NCBI GenBank assembly: GCA_030704615.1
Contig: CM060731.1
Span: 73,532,001 to 73,596,000 of the forward strand
Direction: 5' to 3'
DNA length: 64,000 bases
From: Takakia lepidozioides
Taxonomy: Eukaryota > Plantae > Bryophyta
Program-made: the position numbers and the translations under genes
Notes under the pieces: model-generated
What the model was told of the DNA's origin: nothing
Databases searched by the model: none
The model's input: only the letters and a program-made list of their open reading frames with translations
Part shown: in pieces, positions 12,427 to 25,863 of the stretch
Numbering within the stretch: the first letter of the stretch is position 1
Layout of the letters: the number at the start of each line of letters is the position of its first letter

Positions 12427-14611
12427 TCACCTGTGCTGCTCCAGGAAACGACCCATATCTTTGTCCATGTCCAAGGCCAGCTTACGGTTCTTGTTCATAA
12501 AGACGCCAGACTTTTTCTTTGCCGGTCTCTTGGTACTCGGACCCTCCTCGACCTCCTCAGCATGGTCCACGACAGTCAGCTTCTTGGCTTTGCCTCTCCT
12601 CTGGGAAGCAGGGACAGCTGTAGGTGGGCTGGATAGAGCAGACAAACGCAGCGCTGCCGCCCTACTTCGCAATAGAGGCTGGTCACCCCCACACCTTTCT
12701 TGGTTATCAATCCCACGTTTGCAGCATGGGCGAAAGATGTTATGTCCTCAGAAATAGACAGTCTGTCGACGGAGGGACAATCATCCTATGAGGATACCGA
12801 GCAAAATGGCGAATTAGCCTAATTTCACAATGTGCTAAAACATAAACAACAATGCTGAAAGAGGAAATGGCACAACCTGCCCAAGGGGTGAGGGAGCAGA
12901 CTCCATGTAATCCAGCGCTATACCAAATGGTGTCTGCGCCGCATGTGGTTCCTTGTCAGTGTGCCTGCTAGCATGTTCAGTCTGTTGCTCAATGTGGGCA
13001 GTCTGCTCGGCCGCCGGTTCCTCGTCAATCCTTTCGTCTGTGAACTGTGCAGTCTGCTGGCAACTCTGCGGTTCAGTCTCTTCCTCAATGTGGGCAGTGT
13101 GCTTGGTGGCAGGTTGGTCGTCAGTCCTTCCCTCTGTGAACTGTGCAATGTGCTGGTCAGGTCGTGCAATCTGAACTGTGCAATCAGAGCTGAGCTGTGC
13201 AGTCTGCCGCTCCGAGCTATCCTGGTTAGTCCTTCCCTCTGTGACCTGTGCAGTCTGCTGGTTAGTCTGCGGTTCAGTATGCTCATCAATGAAGACAATA
13301 TGCTGCCCCGCCACAGGTTGCTCGGCAGTCCTTCCATATGTCGACTGTTCAGTGTGCTGGTCAGTCTGGTGGACAGCCAGCTGGGTGTTCGGATCTCCAT
13401 GGACTTGGGAAACATCAAGAACATGTATGGAAGACCCACCGGCAATTGCTTCCTCAGACTCTTCTGTAAGATCTATGATACGGTTTTGCATTCCCAGATT
13501 GAGTTCGGTCATCACGTAAGACTTATCTATGGCTTTCGCCACTGAGAGCACAAAAACGGGACTGAGCTAGAAGGTCATAGAAGGCAGGCCACAAGGAGCT
13601 GGATAAGAATGCTTTACTAGTGACCTGATGACGTCGTCAGCGAATGTGCCTGGGGGAAAAGTGGACTCGGTCAAAACACTCATACTGGTAGATCCAAAAA
13701 CATGTTGTTGGGAACTCAGCACAAATTTGTCCACAGGGTCCCGGTGATGCCAGTATATCCGAGTCTGTTGCACAATCCAGGGAACAGACTGGCTGTTAGT
13801 CTCCTGGACAGTTTGCTCGGCCATGTGCTGAGTGGGTTCGCCAGTGTGCTGCACAGTCTGCTGAGGGGCAATCTGCTGGCTGGATTGGCCGGTCTGCTGC
13901 ACAGTCTGCTGAGGGGCAGTCTGGTGGCCATGTTCGCTGGTCTGCTGCACAGTCGGCTGAGGGGCAGTCTATTGGCCGGTCTGTTTTCCGGTCTGCTGCA
14001 AAGTCTGCAAAGTTCGTTGCCCACTCAGAACTGTTTGCACATACTGAGTATGTGTGTGTGGGGCAGTCTGGTGGGAGTGATCCGGCCTATTACCCGGGAC
14101 GGTCTGGTGCATATGCTCGGTCTCCAGCACTTGGGCAGTCTGCCCACATGTGTCGTGGGGAATATGTTGTTGGACATTCTTGTGGCCAGTCTGCTGGATA
14201 GTCTCCCGAACTCCTTGTAAAGCCAGGACAAGGTCCCTTGCACCTCTGGCAAAAGAGTCAAAAGCAGCCTGCAGTTGCTTGTATCCCAGATCAACTCGCC
14301 CTGCAACACATGTTTATGCAAATGTGAACTTCTAAAAAAGTTGGCAAAAGAAATGGAGCTGAAACACGAAAGTTGCCCAGAACATTTTACCTTCCAAGAG
14401 ATTTCCGACGAGGTCAATGTCCTTGATTTTCCGGCACAGGCATGCTCCATCGAGATGAGCAATGGCGCCGATGCGGTCTTTAGTTGGGGTCCCATACCAT
14501 AGGACTTTGAAGACATTGGGATTCTGCAAAACAATGTCGAATACTGCTCGCTCCATCACCAATGCAAACCAGTGCAATGCGTCATCCACCACAAACTTCT
14601 GTGAATGGTCT
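12427..14611 (-). pseudogene. Middle exons of the Ulp1 cargo gene: basic NLS-like exon, Gln/Thr-rich low-complexity repeats, and an exon broken by the retrotransposon
   Basis: ORFs 12427-12672, 12835-13551, 13567-13950 (QQT repeats) and 14332-14592. The frame continues across the insertion into ORF 31282-31590. Confidence 0.55.
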
Positions 14612-14938
14612 TGTCAAGTTATTTTACCACTAGTGTGAAACTAGCTAGGAAATAGCTAGCTTTTACATATTGACATTTGGGATTGGCCCAAGTGTCAATC
14701 CAGGGGTCAAGGCAGATTTAGGCCCTGGAGTGGTTATCTTCACGGCAAGCGCGGAAGGCTCATCTTTCTCGAGTTGAGCCTCACCGCGCCTAGCTATGGC
14801 GCCGTAGTGTGGATTCCCCATGGCGTGGGGTGCACTTGGCTTGACTTGTATTTGAGTGATGAGGTTATATATGCATGAGTTTATGCTTCAGCTTTGTGAG
14901 CTCGCATGAGCTTGTGCTTGTATTCTTCTTCTTTATCA
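14612..14938 (+). repeat. LTR half A, copy 1 (327 bp)
   Basis: TGTCAAGTTATTTTACC...CTTCTTTATCA; almost identical to 30865-31191. Confidence 0.95.
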
Positions 14939-14954
14939 CTCGAGAAAGATCAGC
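14938..14954 (+). promoter_or_regulatory. Candidate self-priming primer-binding site (complementary to a sequence inside LTR half A)
   Basis: ACTCGAGAAAGAT(C/G)AGC directly after A is the reverse complement of GCTCATCTTTCTCGAGT at 14758-14774. No TGG-type tRNA PBS is seen. Confidence 0.55.
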
Positions 14955-16299
14955 TCGTATCTGTGAGTGCCAGATACGAGTTAGTTGTAGCACTTGTGGT
15001 TTTTTCTTGAGAATGAGAGAAACCAAGTTGTTATGCAAGGAGCACCGTGGAGCTCCTGGTTGTTAGAAGCGGAGGCGATGTGGGTTACGAGCTGGTAGAC
15101 CTTGGCATTCGATCTTCAACTTCAGAGATGAAAGCACCATACTGCAGGTAATTCCAGAGCACCTTGATGGTTTCAGATTGTGTACATGCACGAGCAAGCA
15201 CGATTGGGAAGAGGACCAGTCAAGAGCAGGTTATAGTGGCTTCGGTGGCAAAGATGAGAACTGGACTTGGGAATGCGAGCTTTCATTGTGTGAAGGATTG
15301 CAAGACCAAGCGAAAGGGCTGATTTGGCTTGGGGCAAATCAGTGCACTTTGTGGAGTATAGTGAGATTGGGTTTCAATCTCGAGCTTCAGCATTGAGAGG
15401 GCTCTTGTCATGGCAAGAGCAAGGCTGGAACAGGAGCTAAGAGGTGCGACAAGGCCATGGAATGTGCACCTAGGGTTTCAGAGCTTGGAAGAAGAGCTCT
15501 TGCACCACAAGAGAAGTGTCTTGTGGCTGGAAATGTAAGCCTTAGGGTTTCAGGAGCTTGGCAAAGGCTGTGGAGTGCTTAGTCTTGTCTTAGAGAGCAT
15601 CAAGGAGCCAAGGAGCCAAGATAGGGGGATGATATCTCTTGTGTGAAGAGGTTGCATGTGTGGAGCATGTATTCAGCTCATTGAAGCTTCCATCTTCAAG
15701 CTTGGAGGGCAAGCAAGGAAGAGGGAAGGGCTGACTTCTCTTATGTGAGGGCAATGCATGTGTGGAGCATGCTATCAGCCTGGTGAAGGCTTGCACTTTC
15801 AGGTGTGGGAATGCAAGAAAGGAAGGTCTAGGGCTGGTTTCCACTTGGAGTGAAAGAAAAGCACTTGTAGGGCCTATGTGAGTTGGGGTTTCAATTTCAA
15901 GCTTGAAGGGAGCGCAACTATTGAAGCAGCAGGTGTAGGGGGCTGGAATAGGCTCTAAGACAGATGCTATGGCCAAGGAGAGTGCTTGAATGAGTGCTCA
16001 CAAGGGCTGGGAACCAGCAGGGCTTGGTTGTTTGCCATTGAGTTTAGTGGCGTGTTTGGGGAGGCTAAGTGAGAAAGAAGGCTAAGTGAGAAAGAAGGCT
16101 TGGTTTGTGGCAATCACCTCATGGCTTAGGGCTACTATGGTGGTGTGTGGGAGCCGAAAGAGCAAGAATACCTTGCTGATTTCCTCACAGCCGCCATAGC
16201 TCGGTGGAAAGAAGCCTAGAGTCCAAGAGACACAAACCCTAGCTTGGCGTGGCTAAACCCCTTGGAGAAATGGCTAAACTGCCAGAGCGGCCATGGATG

Positions 16300-16885
16300 G
16301 GGTTGTGACGGGCTGTGAGGGGCTATGTCAGGCTGTGCCCAGTGGCCTGTGGGGCTATGACGGGCTGTGCGGGGCTGTGACAGGCTGTGCCCAATGGCCT
16401 GTGGGGCTGTGACGGGCTGTGCGGGGCTGTGACGGGCTGTGCGGGGCTGTGACAGGCTGTGCCCAATGGCCTGTGGGGCTGTGACGGGCTGCGAGGGGCT
16501 GTGACAGGCTGTGCCCATGGCCTTGGGGCTGTGATGGACTGTGAGGGGCTGTGACAGGCCGTGCCTGAGGCCTTTGAGGCTGTGACAGGCTGTGAGGGGC
16601 TGTGACAGGCCGTGCCTGAGGCCTTTGGGGATGTGACGGGCTGTGACAGGCCGTACCTGAGGCCTTTGGGGGCTGTGACGGGCTGTGAGGGGTTGTGTCA
16701 GGCCGTGCCTGAGGCCTGTGGGGCTATGAGGGGCTGTGAGGGGCTGTGACAGGCTGTGCCCGTGGCCTTTGGGGCTGTGAGGGGCTGTGACAGGCCGTGC
16801 CTGAGGCATGTGGGGCTATGACGGGCTGTGAGGGGCTGTGACAGGCTGTGCCCAGTGGCCTGTGGGACTGTGACGGCTGTGACCA
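16300..16885 (+). repeat. GC-rich tandem repeat (GGCTGTGACG-type 10-mers in higher-order units) in the retrotransposon 5' leader
   Basis: Dozens of GGGCTGTGA(C/G) units; a shorter homologous array lies at ~22750-22950. Confidence 0.9.
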
Positions 16886-17621
16886 GTGAGCTGTGTGGGC
16901 CTGTGCTGGTCTGTGGTGGCCCGTGTTGACATGTGGACGGTCTGTGCTGACTCGTGGAGGCACTGGTGGACTGCCTAAGGACTGGCATGTGGTCTGGAAG
17001 GCCGAATTTTGAAGCTCGTGGAGGGCGGTTTGAGGAGTATCTTCATGATATTGCCATGGTCATGCAAGTGAGGGAAGAGAGGAGAGGAAGAGTGTTGGGA
17101 TTGAGGGCATGCTGGGGTTAGGCATTGCTTTAGCTTCTCTTCCTTGTAGTTTCCACCCTCTCATTAGGCCAAGACCTTTCCGTAGGTGGAGGCAAGAGTC
17201 AGTCCGGGTTTGGGCTGGGGTATCCTTGCAGGAGCAACACCGTGGAGTTGTTTTTGGTGTGGGGGAGTTGTCGTTCTGATTTCTTGTGTTTGGATCCCCT
17301 CCATACCTGCATGCTTGACTGTGCGCTATGCTAGTTTTGTGTGGGCGCTTGTTTTTATAGGTGATTGGTCCGGATTTGATCACTGGCCAGTCCTAGAGCA
17401 TGCTGTCGATGGTGAGGCTGGGGTGATGACCAGCCAGACCATCATTGTTTCTCCTGTGGTGAGGTTGGAGGTGATGACCAGCCAACCATAGGAGTGCTTG
17501 CGGTGGATGCAGGTACAGGTGTAGGCTATGTTAGGAACTTAGTATTCCAAACCATAAGCCGCAACAGGTTCTCTACCCGGTTACCTTGTGGAGAGGGGGT
17601 TAGGAACATGTTCATGACCGG

Positions 17622-20600
17622 TTGAGTGTCAACACGGAGGTGCCACTAGTTGTTGGGGACAGTGCCGGTTCGAGCACTAGCGATACTAGTGGGTACACGA
17701 GACGAGGTGTGCGGTTTAGGCCACCTTCACCTCCTGTGTCTTCCACGGAAGGTTCTGATTCGGATTGTGAATCAGGAGGACTCATACCGGCGGTGCAAGT
17801 TGTTTCTTTGCCGTGGGACACAATGGAGGAGATATATGGAGCTACCAAGGGGCCACGAAGATACTCTGGGGCGGTGGGCACCATCGAGTTGGATGATTTT
17901 ATCCAAGAGTTTGATAGTTGGTGTGATTTGCAACAAATGCGCAATCCACAACTATTTACACCGTTCATGGCATGGAAAGGGTTGTTTCAGCACCTTGAGG
18001 GGCCGCCTATGGATGATTACCATGAGTTCAGGCGGGGGCATGAGGTTGAGATCGAGGAGTGGAGGATGTACTGGTCACCCTACTATGTATCCATCACTAG
18101 GGGCACTAGAGCCATGAGGGCAGTGGCTACACCTGCCGCTGCACCGTCAGCTTCAGCAAGTAGCAGTGGAACTAGTGGGACTGGTGGTACAATAGCTACG
18201 ACGTCCGCCCAAGCCACTACCGCACCAGCACTAGCACCCGTGCCTGCCTTCAACCCTGTTGTGGAGTTCTTCGAAGAGTTGAGAGGGAACTACCAAGCGG
18301 TGAGGACAGAGAAGTTGCGGAGCTTGCAAGAGTTCCAACGGAAGCCGATCGAGAGCTTGAGGGAGGCTTTCACTCGCATGAGGCGCTTGATAAATGTAAC
18401 CCAAGAGGTTACGGAAGCTCAAGCAGTCCAATTCTGGTATGGGAAATTGGACAAGGAGCTGAGGAGAAGGGTGCGGGATGCAACTCTCCTACAAGCGGCC
18501 CAACCCACCTTAGCAAATGTGTTTTTGCTGGCAGAGCGGATAGAGCTCAACATGGTGGAGGAACGAGTGGTCATGGTGGGATTTGCTAAGGAGACACCAT
18601 GGGGTAGTGGTGCTCCTAGCCAACCACTACCTCAACGTGCTCAAGGCAACAAGGGGGCTCAGGTGAAGCTCAAGGAAGGGCAGAGGGGACCTCAGGGGTC
18701 TCTCCCTTCATTTGCTGGCCAACAACGGGCGGATGTGGTGTGCTGGACATGTGGAGGACCCCATGTCAAGAAGGATTGCCCCAGAGGGAGGCAAAGGGTC
18801 GGCACATGCACAGCCTGCACAGTTGCAGTGTGGGCATTGTGGCAAGCACAGGCATGGAGAGGTCCAGTGTTATGGTTTGCATCCTGAGTTGCGCCCAGGC
18901 TAGTTCCAAGGGAACAATGGTGGTCGGGGGCGAGGTGGAGCAGCCCCGAGAGGACGAGGTGGCCAGCCACAAGGCCAAGGGCAAGCTCAACGTAGCCAAG
19001 GACGCGGAGGTCAGGGTGTTGACCAAGGCATGGCCAACCGGCTTCAGCAGCTAGAGCAGAGGCTCGCTGCCATGGCTACAGCTCAGGTGGTACCGGCTCT
19101 AAGGCCGGATGGTCCACCTCCTGCTCCTGAGGGAGGAGATATGGGAGGCATGGGATTCATGTGTGGAGCAGCACTACCACTAGTGCAGGTGGAGTCTGCT
19201 GCAGCCGTGACTCGAGGAGCAACACGAGTTCCTGAGCCACGAGGTGCAGAGGTGGAGTTGGGCAAGCCGTCAGGCTAGGCTTCCTCAGTCATTCACATTG
19301 GCGGAGACAGTGTCGACACCATCCATGGCACCTAGTTCTCGCCCGACGGTTACCGAGGCGGAGGTTACTATGCCATTGGGGAGAGCTACACGGGTAGCAC
19401 CACTACCTAATGTTGCCAAGGCTGCGGCAGCTAGTGTGCTGCTAGGAGCGGCCACATCTGTGTGCCAGGCTCCATTGTTCTCGGCTACCATGATTGCGAC
19501 GCCGGGGGTAAAACCAGCTGAGGTGTTCAGGCTGGCAGCTATACTCTGTGAGAGTGGGGAGGTTACTTCATCTTCTGCGGAGATAGTGGGAGGTGTAGTG
19601 CCGGAGGGATCCTCGGATTTGAGGGTCAAGACTGCCACGGTGGCGCCATGGCAAGCTGCAGCTGCCAGGTTGATGGAGCTGCCAGCTAGGCCAGCCATTG
19701 AGCGCGCCATGGTGACACCTGGAGTTGTCATGTTAGACAACCAGGATGGCATTTTCTGTTTGAGCGGACCGGCAGGCAAGAGGTACCGGCAACTGCGGGT
19801 CTTGTTGGACTCGGGAGCTGAGCCATTGATGTTGGGCAGAGCTGCTATTGCAGGCTTGGGCCTCACGGAGGCGGATATGGAGCCTTGTCCTTTCCAGATA
19901 CAGACGTCTCTGGGAGGATCGGAGCAGGCTCGGGGCATGACATGGCGTGAGTTGGCTATCAGACTACGGCCGGATTACCCTACAGATGGCTCAGTGATGC
20001 GAGCCAAGGCCATTGTGAAGACGCAGTCTCATACGATGTCCTGGTTGGTGGGGCAGTGTTGTACCCCATGGGCTTCACCCTGGATTTTTGGGAGGAGTCA
20101 GCTTCCTATAGGCCTGCATGGCAGTCAAGGGAGGGCCGGCGTGTGCAGCTCCCTATGACGTTCATAGGAGGAGTTGCGGTTGCCCAGCGAGGCAAGATGC
20201 CGACACTAGCAGCATTCACAACGGCAGTGAGTTGGCCTAGAGAGTTGCTTGAGGGCAATGCTCATTCAGAGGATGTACCACCTCCGGGAGAGCAAGATGA
20301 CATGTATGGTATGGCGGAGTTGCCTACCATGGTTGCTCAGACTCCATTGTGGGGCACGAGCAAGGATTTGCAGCGGGATGCTGATCGACGGGTGCAACAA
20401 GCCTAGGTGGAGGCTTTTGTACCGTCAAGAGAGGAGGAGAGTGTGGGGATTGCACCGGGATCACCTCAATTGTCTCTATGGGACACCACACCTATTGTGT
20501 GGCAGTATTCGGATGAAGGCATTTGTCTTCTGGACTTGTTTGGCGGGATCAGCACCGGATTGGCTGCTGTGTTACAGCAGGTGTACGAGTTCGGCGTTAC

Positions 20601-20882
20601 GTGTATGTGTGGAGAGGGATGAGACTGCACGACGGCGTTTCACTTCGCCATGTTGCTCAGTTGGTGCAGCGGTACCCTGAGTTGTTGTGTCGGTGTCTGC
20701 AATTTGTGGATATCAACAGGCCTTGCCAGCAGACAATTCGTTGCTAGGGGCGCAAGATTTGGAGCGGGTTGGCTCCATTGATCTAGTAGTGGCAGGTTGG
20801 CCCTGCCAAGGGCATTCATCAGCCGGGCATGGCAATGGATTGCGAGACTCGAGGTCGGGTCTGTTTTGGGAGATGGTACGGG
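17622..20882 (+). pseudogene. Copy 1 gag (two Zn knuckles), aspartic protease and 5' part of the DNMT, truncated by copy 2
   Basis: PRRYSG..ELDDFIQEFDSWCD (gag); CWTCGGPHVKKDC and CGHCGKHRHGEVQC; RVLLDSGA; LLDLFGGI and VAGWPCQG; ends at LFWEMVR where LTR half A restarts. Confidence 0.9.
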
Positions 20883-21214
20883 TGTCAAGTTATTTTACCA
20901 CTAGTGTAAAACTAGCTAGGAAATAGCTAGCTTTTACATATTGACATTTGGGATTGGCCCAAGTGTCAATCCAGGGGTCAAGGCAGATTTAGGGGGCCTG
21001 GAGTGGTTATCTTCACGGCAAGCGCATGAGGCTCATCTTTTCTCTCGAGTTGAGCCTCACCGCGCCTAGCTATGGCGCCGTAGTGTGGATTCCCCATGGC
21101 GTGGGGTGCACTTGGCTTGACTTGTATTTGAGTGATGAGGTTATATATGCATGAGTTTATGCTTCAGCTTTGTGAGCTCGCATGAGCTTGTGCTTGTATT
21201 CTTCTTCTTTATCA
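20883..21214 (+). repeat. LTR half A, copy 2 (start of the inner element)
   Basis: Begins at the same TGTCAAG, abutting DNMT coding sequence; has several differences from copies 1 and 3. Confidence 0.95.
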
Positions 21215-23245
21215 CTCGAGAAAGATGAGCTCGTATCTATGAGTGCTAGATACGAGTTAGTTGTAGCACTTGTGGTTTTTGCTTGAGAATGAGAGAAACC
21301 AAGTTGTTATGCAAGGAGCACCGTGGAGCTCTTGGTTGTTAGAAGCGGAGGCGATGTGGGTTACGAGGTGGTAAACCTTGGCATTCGATCTTCAGCTTCA
21401 GAGATGAAAGCACCATACTGCAGGTAATTCCAGAGCACCTTGATGGTTTCAGATTGTGTACATGCACGAGCAAGCACGATTGGGAAGAGGACCAGTCAAG
21501 AGTAGGTTATAGTGGCTTTGGTGGCAAAGCTGAGAACTGGACTTGGAAATGCGAGCTTTCATTGTGTGAAGGATTGCAAGACCAAGCGAAAAGGGCTGAT
21601 TTGGCTTGGGGCAAATCAGTGCACTTTGTGGAGTATGGTGAGATTGGGTTTCAATCTCGAGCTTCAGCATTGAGAGGGCTCTTGTCATGGCGAGAGCAGG
21701 GCTGGAACAGGAGCTAAGAGGTGCGGCAAGGCCATGGAATGTGCACCTAGGGTTTTCAGAGCTTAGAAGAAGAGTTCTTGCACCACAAGAGAAGTGTCTT
21801 GTGGCTGGAAATGTAAGCCTTAGGGTTTCAGGAGCTTGGCAAAGGCTGTGGAGTGCTTGGTCTTGTCTTAGAGAGCATCAAGGAGCCAAGGAGCCAAGAT
21901 AGGGGGCTGATATCTCTTGTGTGAAGAGGTTGCATGTGTGGAGCATGTATTCAGCTCATTGAAGCTTTTCCATCTTCAAGCTTGGAGGGCAAGCAAGGAA
22001 GAGGAAGGGCTGACTTCCCTTATGTGAGGGCAATGCATGTGTGGAGCATGCTATCAGCCTGGTGAAGGCTTGCACTTTTAGGTGTGGGAGTGCAAGGAAA
22101 GGAAGGAAGGGGCTGGTTTCCCTGTAGGGCATGTAGAGCATGCTTTCAGCCTGCTGAAGCTTGTATTTTCAGGTTTGTGGGGTGCAAGAAATGAAGCAAA
22201 GGAGCTGATTCTCTTATGGTGAGAGTGGGGCATGTTGGAGCATGCCTTCAGCCCATTGAGGCTCTTGTTTTCAAGCCTTAGAGAGCTAGAACGGAAGGTC
22301 TAGGGCTGGTTTCCACTTGGAGTGAAAGAAAAGCACTTTGTAGGGCCTATGTGAGTTGGGGTTTCAACTTCAAAGCTTGAAGGGAGCGCAACTCTTGAAG
22401 CACAGGTGTAGAGGGCTGGAATAGGCTCTAAGACAGATGTTATGGCCAATGAGAGTGCTTGAATGAGTGCTCACAAGGGCTAGGAACCAGCAGGGCTTGG
22501 TTGTTTGCCATTGAGTTTAGTGGCGTGTTTTGGGGAGGCTAAGTGAGAAAGAAGGCTTGGTTTGTGGCAACCACCTCATGGCTTAGGGCTACTATGGTGG
22601 TGTGTGGGAGCCGAAGAGCAAGGATACCTTGCTGATTTCCTCACAGCCACCATAGCTCGATGGAAAGAAGCCTAGAGTCCAAGAGACACAAACCCTAGCT
22701 TGGCGTGGCTAAACCCTTGGAGAAATGGCTAAACTGCCAGAGCGGCCATGTGTGGGGCTGTGACAGGCTGTGGCAAGCTGTGACGGGCTGTGACGGGCTG
22801 TGTCGGGCTGTGCCTGAGGCCTTTGGGGCTGTGACGGGGGCTGTGACAGGCTGTGCCTGAGGCCTTTAAGGCTGTTGACGAGCTGTGAGGGGCTGGACAG
22901 GCTGTGCCCATTGTGCCTGTTGGGACTGTGAACGGCTGTGACCAGTGAGCTGTGTGGGCCTGTTGCTGGTCTGTGGTGGCCCGTGTTGACCTGTGGATGG
23001 CCTGTGCTGACTCGTGGAGGCACTGGTGGACTAAGGACTGGCATGTGGTCTGGAAAGGCCGAATTTTTGAAGCTCATGGAGGGCGGTTTGAGGAGTATCT
23101 TCATGATATTCCCATGGTCATGCAAGTTCAGGTGTAGGCTATGTTAGGAACTTAGTATTCCAAACCATAGCCGCAACAGGTTCTCTACCCCCTTGTGGAG
23201 AGGGGGTTAGGGGCATGTTCATGACCGGTTGAGTGTCAAACGGAG

Positions 23246-25863
23246 GTGCCACTAGTTGTTGGGGACAGTGCCGGTTCGAGCACTAGCGATACTAGTAGGT
23301 ACACGAGACGAGGTGTGCGGTTTAGGCCACCTTCACCTCCTGTGTCTTCCACGGAAGGTTCTGATTCGGATTGTGAATCAGGAGGCTCATACCGGCGGTG
23401 CAAGTTGTTTCTTTGCCATTGTTGTGGGACACAAATGGAGGAGGATATATGGAGCTACAAGGGGCCACGAAGGTACTCTGGGGTGGTGGGGCACCATTGA
23501 GTTGGATGATTTTATCCAAGAGTTTGATAGTTGGTGTGATTTTGCAGCAAATGCGCAATCCACAACCGCCGTATTTCATGGCATGGAAAGGGCTGTTTCA
23601 GCACCTTGAGGGGCCGCCTATGGATGATTACCATGATTCATGAGCAGGCGGGGGCATGAGGTTGAGATCGAGGAGTGGAGGATGTACTGGTCACCCGACT
23701 ATGTCTCCATCACTAGGGGCACTAGAGCCACGAGGGCAGTGGCTACACCTGCCGCTGCACCGGCAGCTTCAGCAAGTAGCAGTGGGACTGGTGGTACAGT
23801 AGCTACGACGTCCACCCAAGCCACTACCGCACCAGCACTAGCACCCGTGCCTGCCTTCAACCCTGTTGTGGAGTTCTTCGAAGAGTTGAGAGGGAACTAC
23901 CAAGGGGTGAGGACAGAGAAGTTGCGGAGCTTGCAAGAGTTCCAACGGAAGCCGACGAGAGCTTGAGGGAGGCTTTCACTCGCATGAGGCGCTTGATAAA
24001 TGTAACCCAAGGGGTTACGGAAGCTCAGGCAGTCCAATTCTGGTATGGGATATTGGACAAGGAGCTGAGGAGAAGGGTGCGGGATGCAACTCTCCTACAA
24101 GCGGCCCAACCCACCTTAGCAAATGTGTTTTTGCTGGCAGAGCGGATAGAGCTCAACATGGTGGAGGAACGAGTGGTCATGGTGGGATTTGCTAAGGAGA
24201 CACCACGGGGTAGTGGTGCTCCTAGCCAACCACTACCTCAACGTGCTCAAGGCAACAAGGGGGCTCAGGTGAAGCTCAGGGAAGGGCAGAGAGGACCTCA
24301 GATGCAGGGGTCTCTCCCTTCATTTGCTGGCCAACAACGGGCGGATGTGGTGTGCTGGACATGTGGAGGACCCCATGTCAAGAAGGATTGCCCAGAGGGA
24401 GGCAAAGGGCCGGCACATGCACAGCCTGCACAGTTGCAGTGTGGGCATTGTGGCAAGCACGGGCATGGAGAGGCCCAGTGTTATGGTTTGCATCCTGAGT
24501 TGCGCCCAGGCCAGTTCCAAGGGAACAATGGTGGCCGGGGGCGAGGTGGAGCAGCCCAGAGAGGACGAGGTGGCCAGCCACAGGCCAAGGGCAAGCTCAA
24601 CATGGCCAAGGACGCGGAGGTCAGGGTGTTGACCAAGGCATGGCCAACCGGCTTCAGCAGCTAGAGCAGAGGCTCGCTGCCATGGCTACAGCTCAGGTGG
24701 TACCGGCTCTAAGGCCGGATGGTCCACCTCCTGCTCCTGAGGGAGGAGATATGGGAGGCATGGGATTCATGTGTGGAGCAGCACTACCACTAGTGCAGGT
24801 GGAGTCTGCTGCAGCCGTGACTCGAGGAGCAGCACGAGTTCCTGAGCCACGAGGTGCAGAGGTGGAGTTGGATCCACAGCGTGGGGAGGCAAGCCGTCAG
24901 GCTAGGCTTCCTCAGTCATTCACATTGGCGGAGACAGTGTCGACGCCATCCATGGCACCTAGTTCTCGCCCGACTGTTACCGAGGCGGAGGTTACTATGC
25001 CATTGGGGAGAGCTACACGGGTAGCACCACTACCTAGTGTTGCCAAGGCTACGGCAGCTAGTGTGCTGCTAGGAGCGGCCACATCTGTGTGCCAGGCTCC
25101 ATTGTTCTCGGCTACCATGATTGCGACGCCGGGGGTAAGACCAGCTGAGGTGTTCAGGCTGGCAGCTACACTCTGTGAGAGTGGGGAGGTTACTTCATCT
25201 TCTGCGGAGATAGTGGGAGGTGTAGTGCCGGAGGGATCCTCGGATTTGAGGGTCAAGACTGCCACGGCGGCGCCATGGCAAGCTGCAGCTGCCAGGTTGA
25301 TGGAGCTGCCAGCTAGGCCAGCCATTGAGCGCGCCATGGTGACACCTGGAGTTGTCATGTTAGACAACCAGGATGGCATTTTCTGTTTGAGTGGACCGGC
25401 AGGCAAGAGGTACCGGCCACTGCGGGTCTTGTTGGACTCGGGAGCTCAGCCATTGATGCTGGGCAGAGCTGCTATTGCAGGCTTGGGCCTCACGGAGGCG
25501 GATATGGAGCCTTGTCCTTTCCAGATACAGACGTCTCTGGGAGGATCGGAGCAGGCTCGGGGCATGACACGGCGTGAGTTGGCTATCAGACTACGGCCGG
25601 ATCACCCTACAGATGGCTCAGTGATGCGAGCCAAGGCCATTGTGACAGACGCAGTCTCATACGATGTCCTGGTTGGTGGGGCAGTGTTGTACCCCATGGG
25701 CTTCACCCTGGATTTTTGGGAGGAGTCAGCTTCCTATAGGCCTGCATGGCAGTCAGGGGAGGGCCGGCGTGTGCAGCTCCCTGTGACGTTCATAGGAGGA
25801 GTTGCGGTTGCCCAGCGAGGCAGAGACACTAGCAGCATTCACAGCGGCAGTGAGTTGGCCTAG
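23246..25863 (+). pseudogene. Copy 2 gag and aspartic protease
   Basis: ORFs 23256-23966, 23963-24664 (CWTCGGPHVKKDC, CGHCGKHGHGEAQC) and 24640-25863 (RVLLDSGAQPLMLG...YDVLVG). Confidence 0.9.

Noticed and set aside
16216-16988. Antisense ORFs over the leader repeat and other low-complexity regions (also 12918-14220)
   Set aside because: These are open frames produced by stop-poor tandem repeats, with no domain features.
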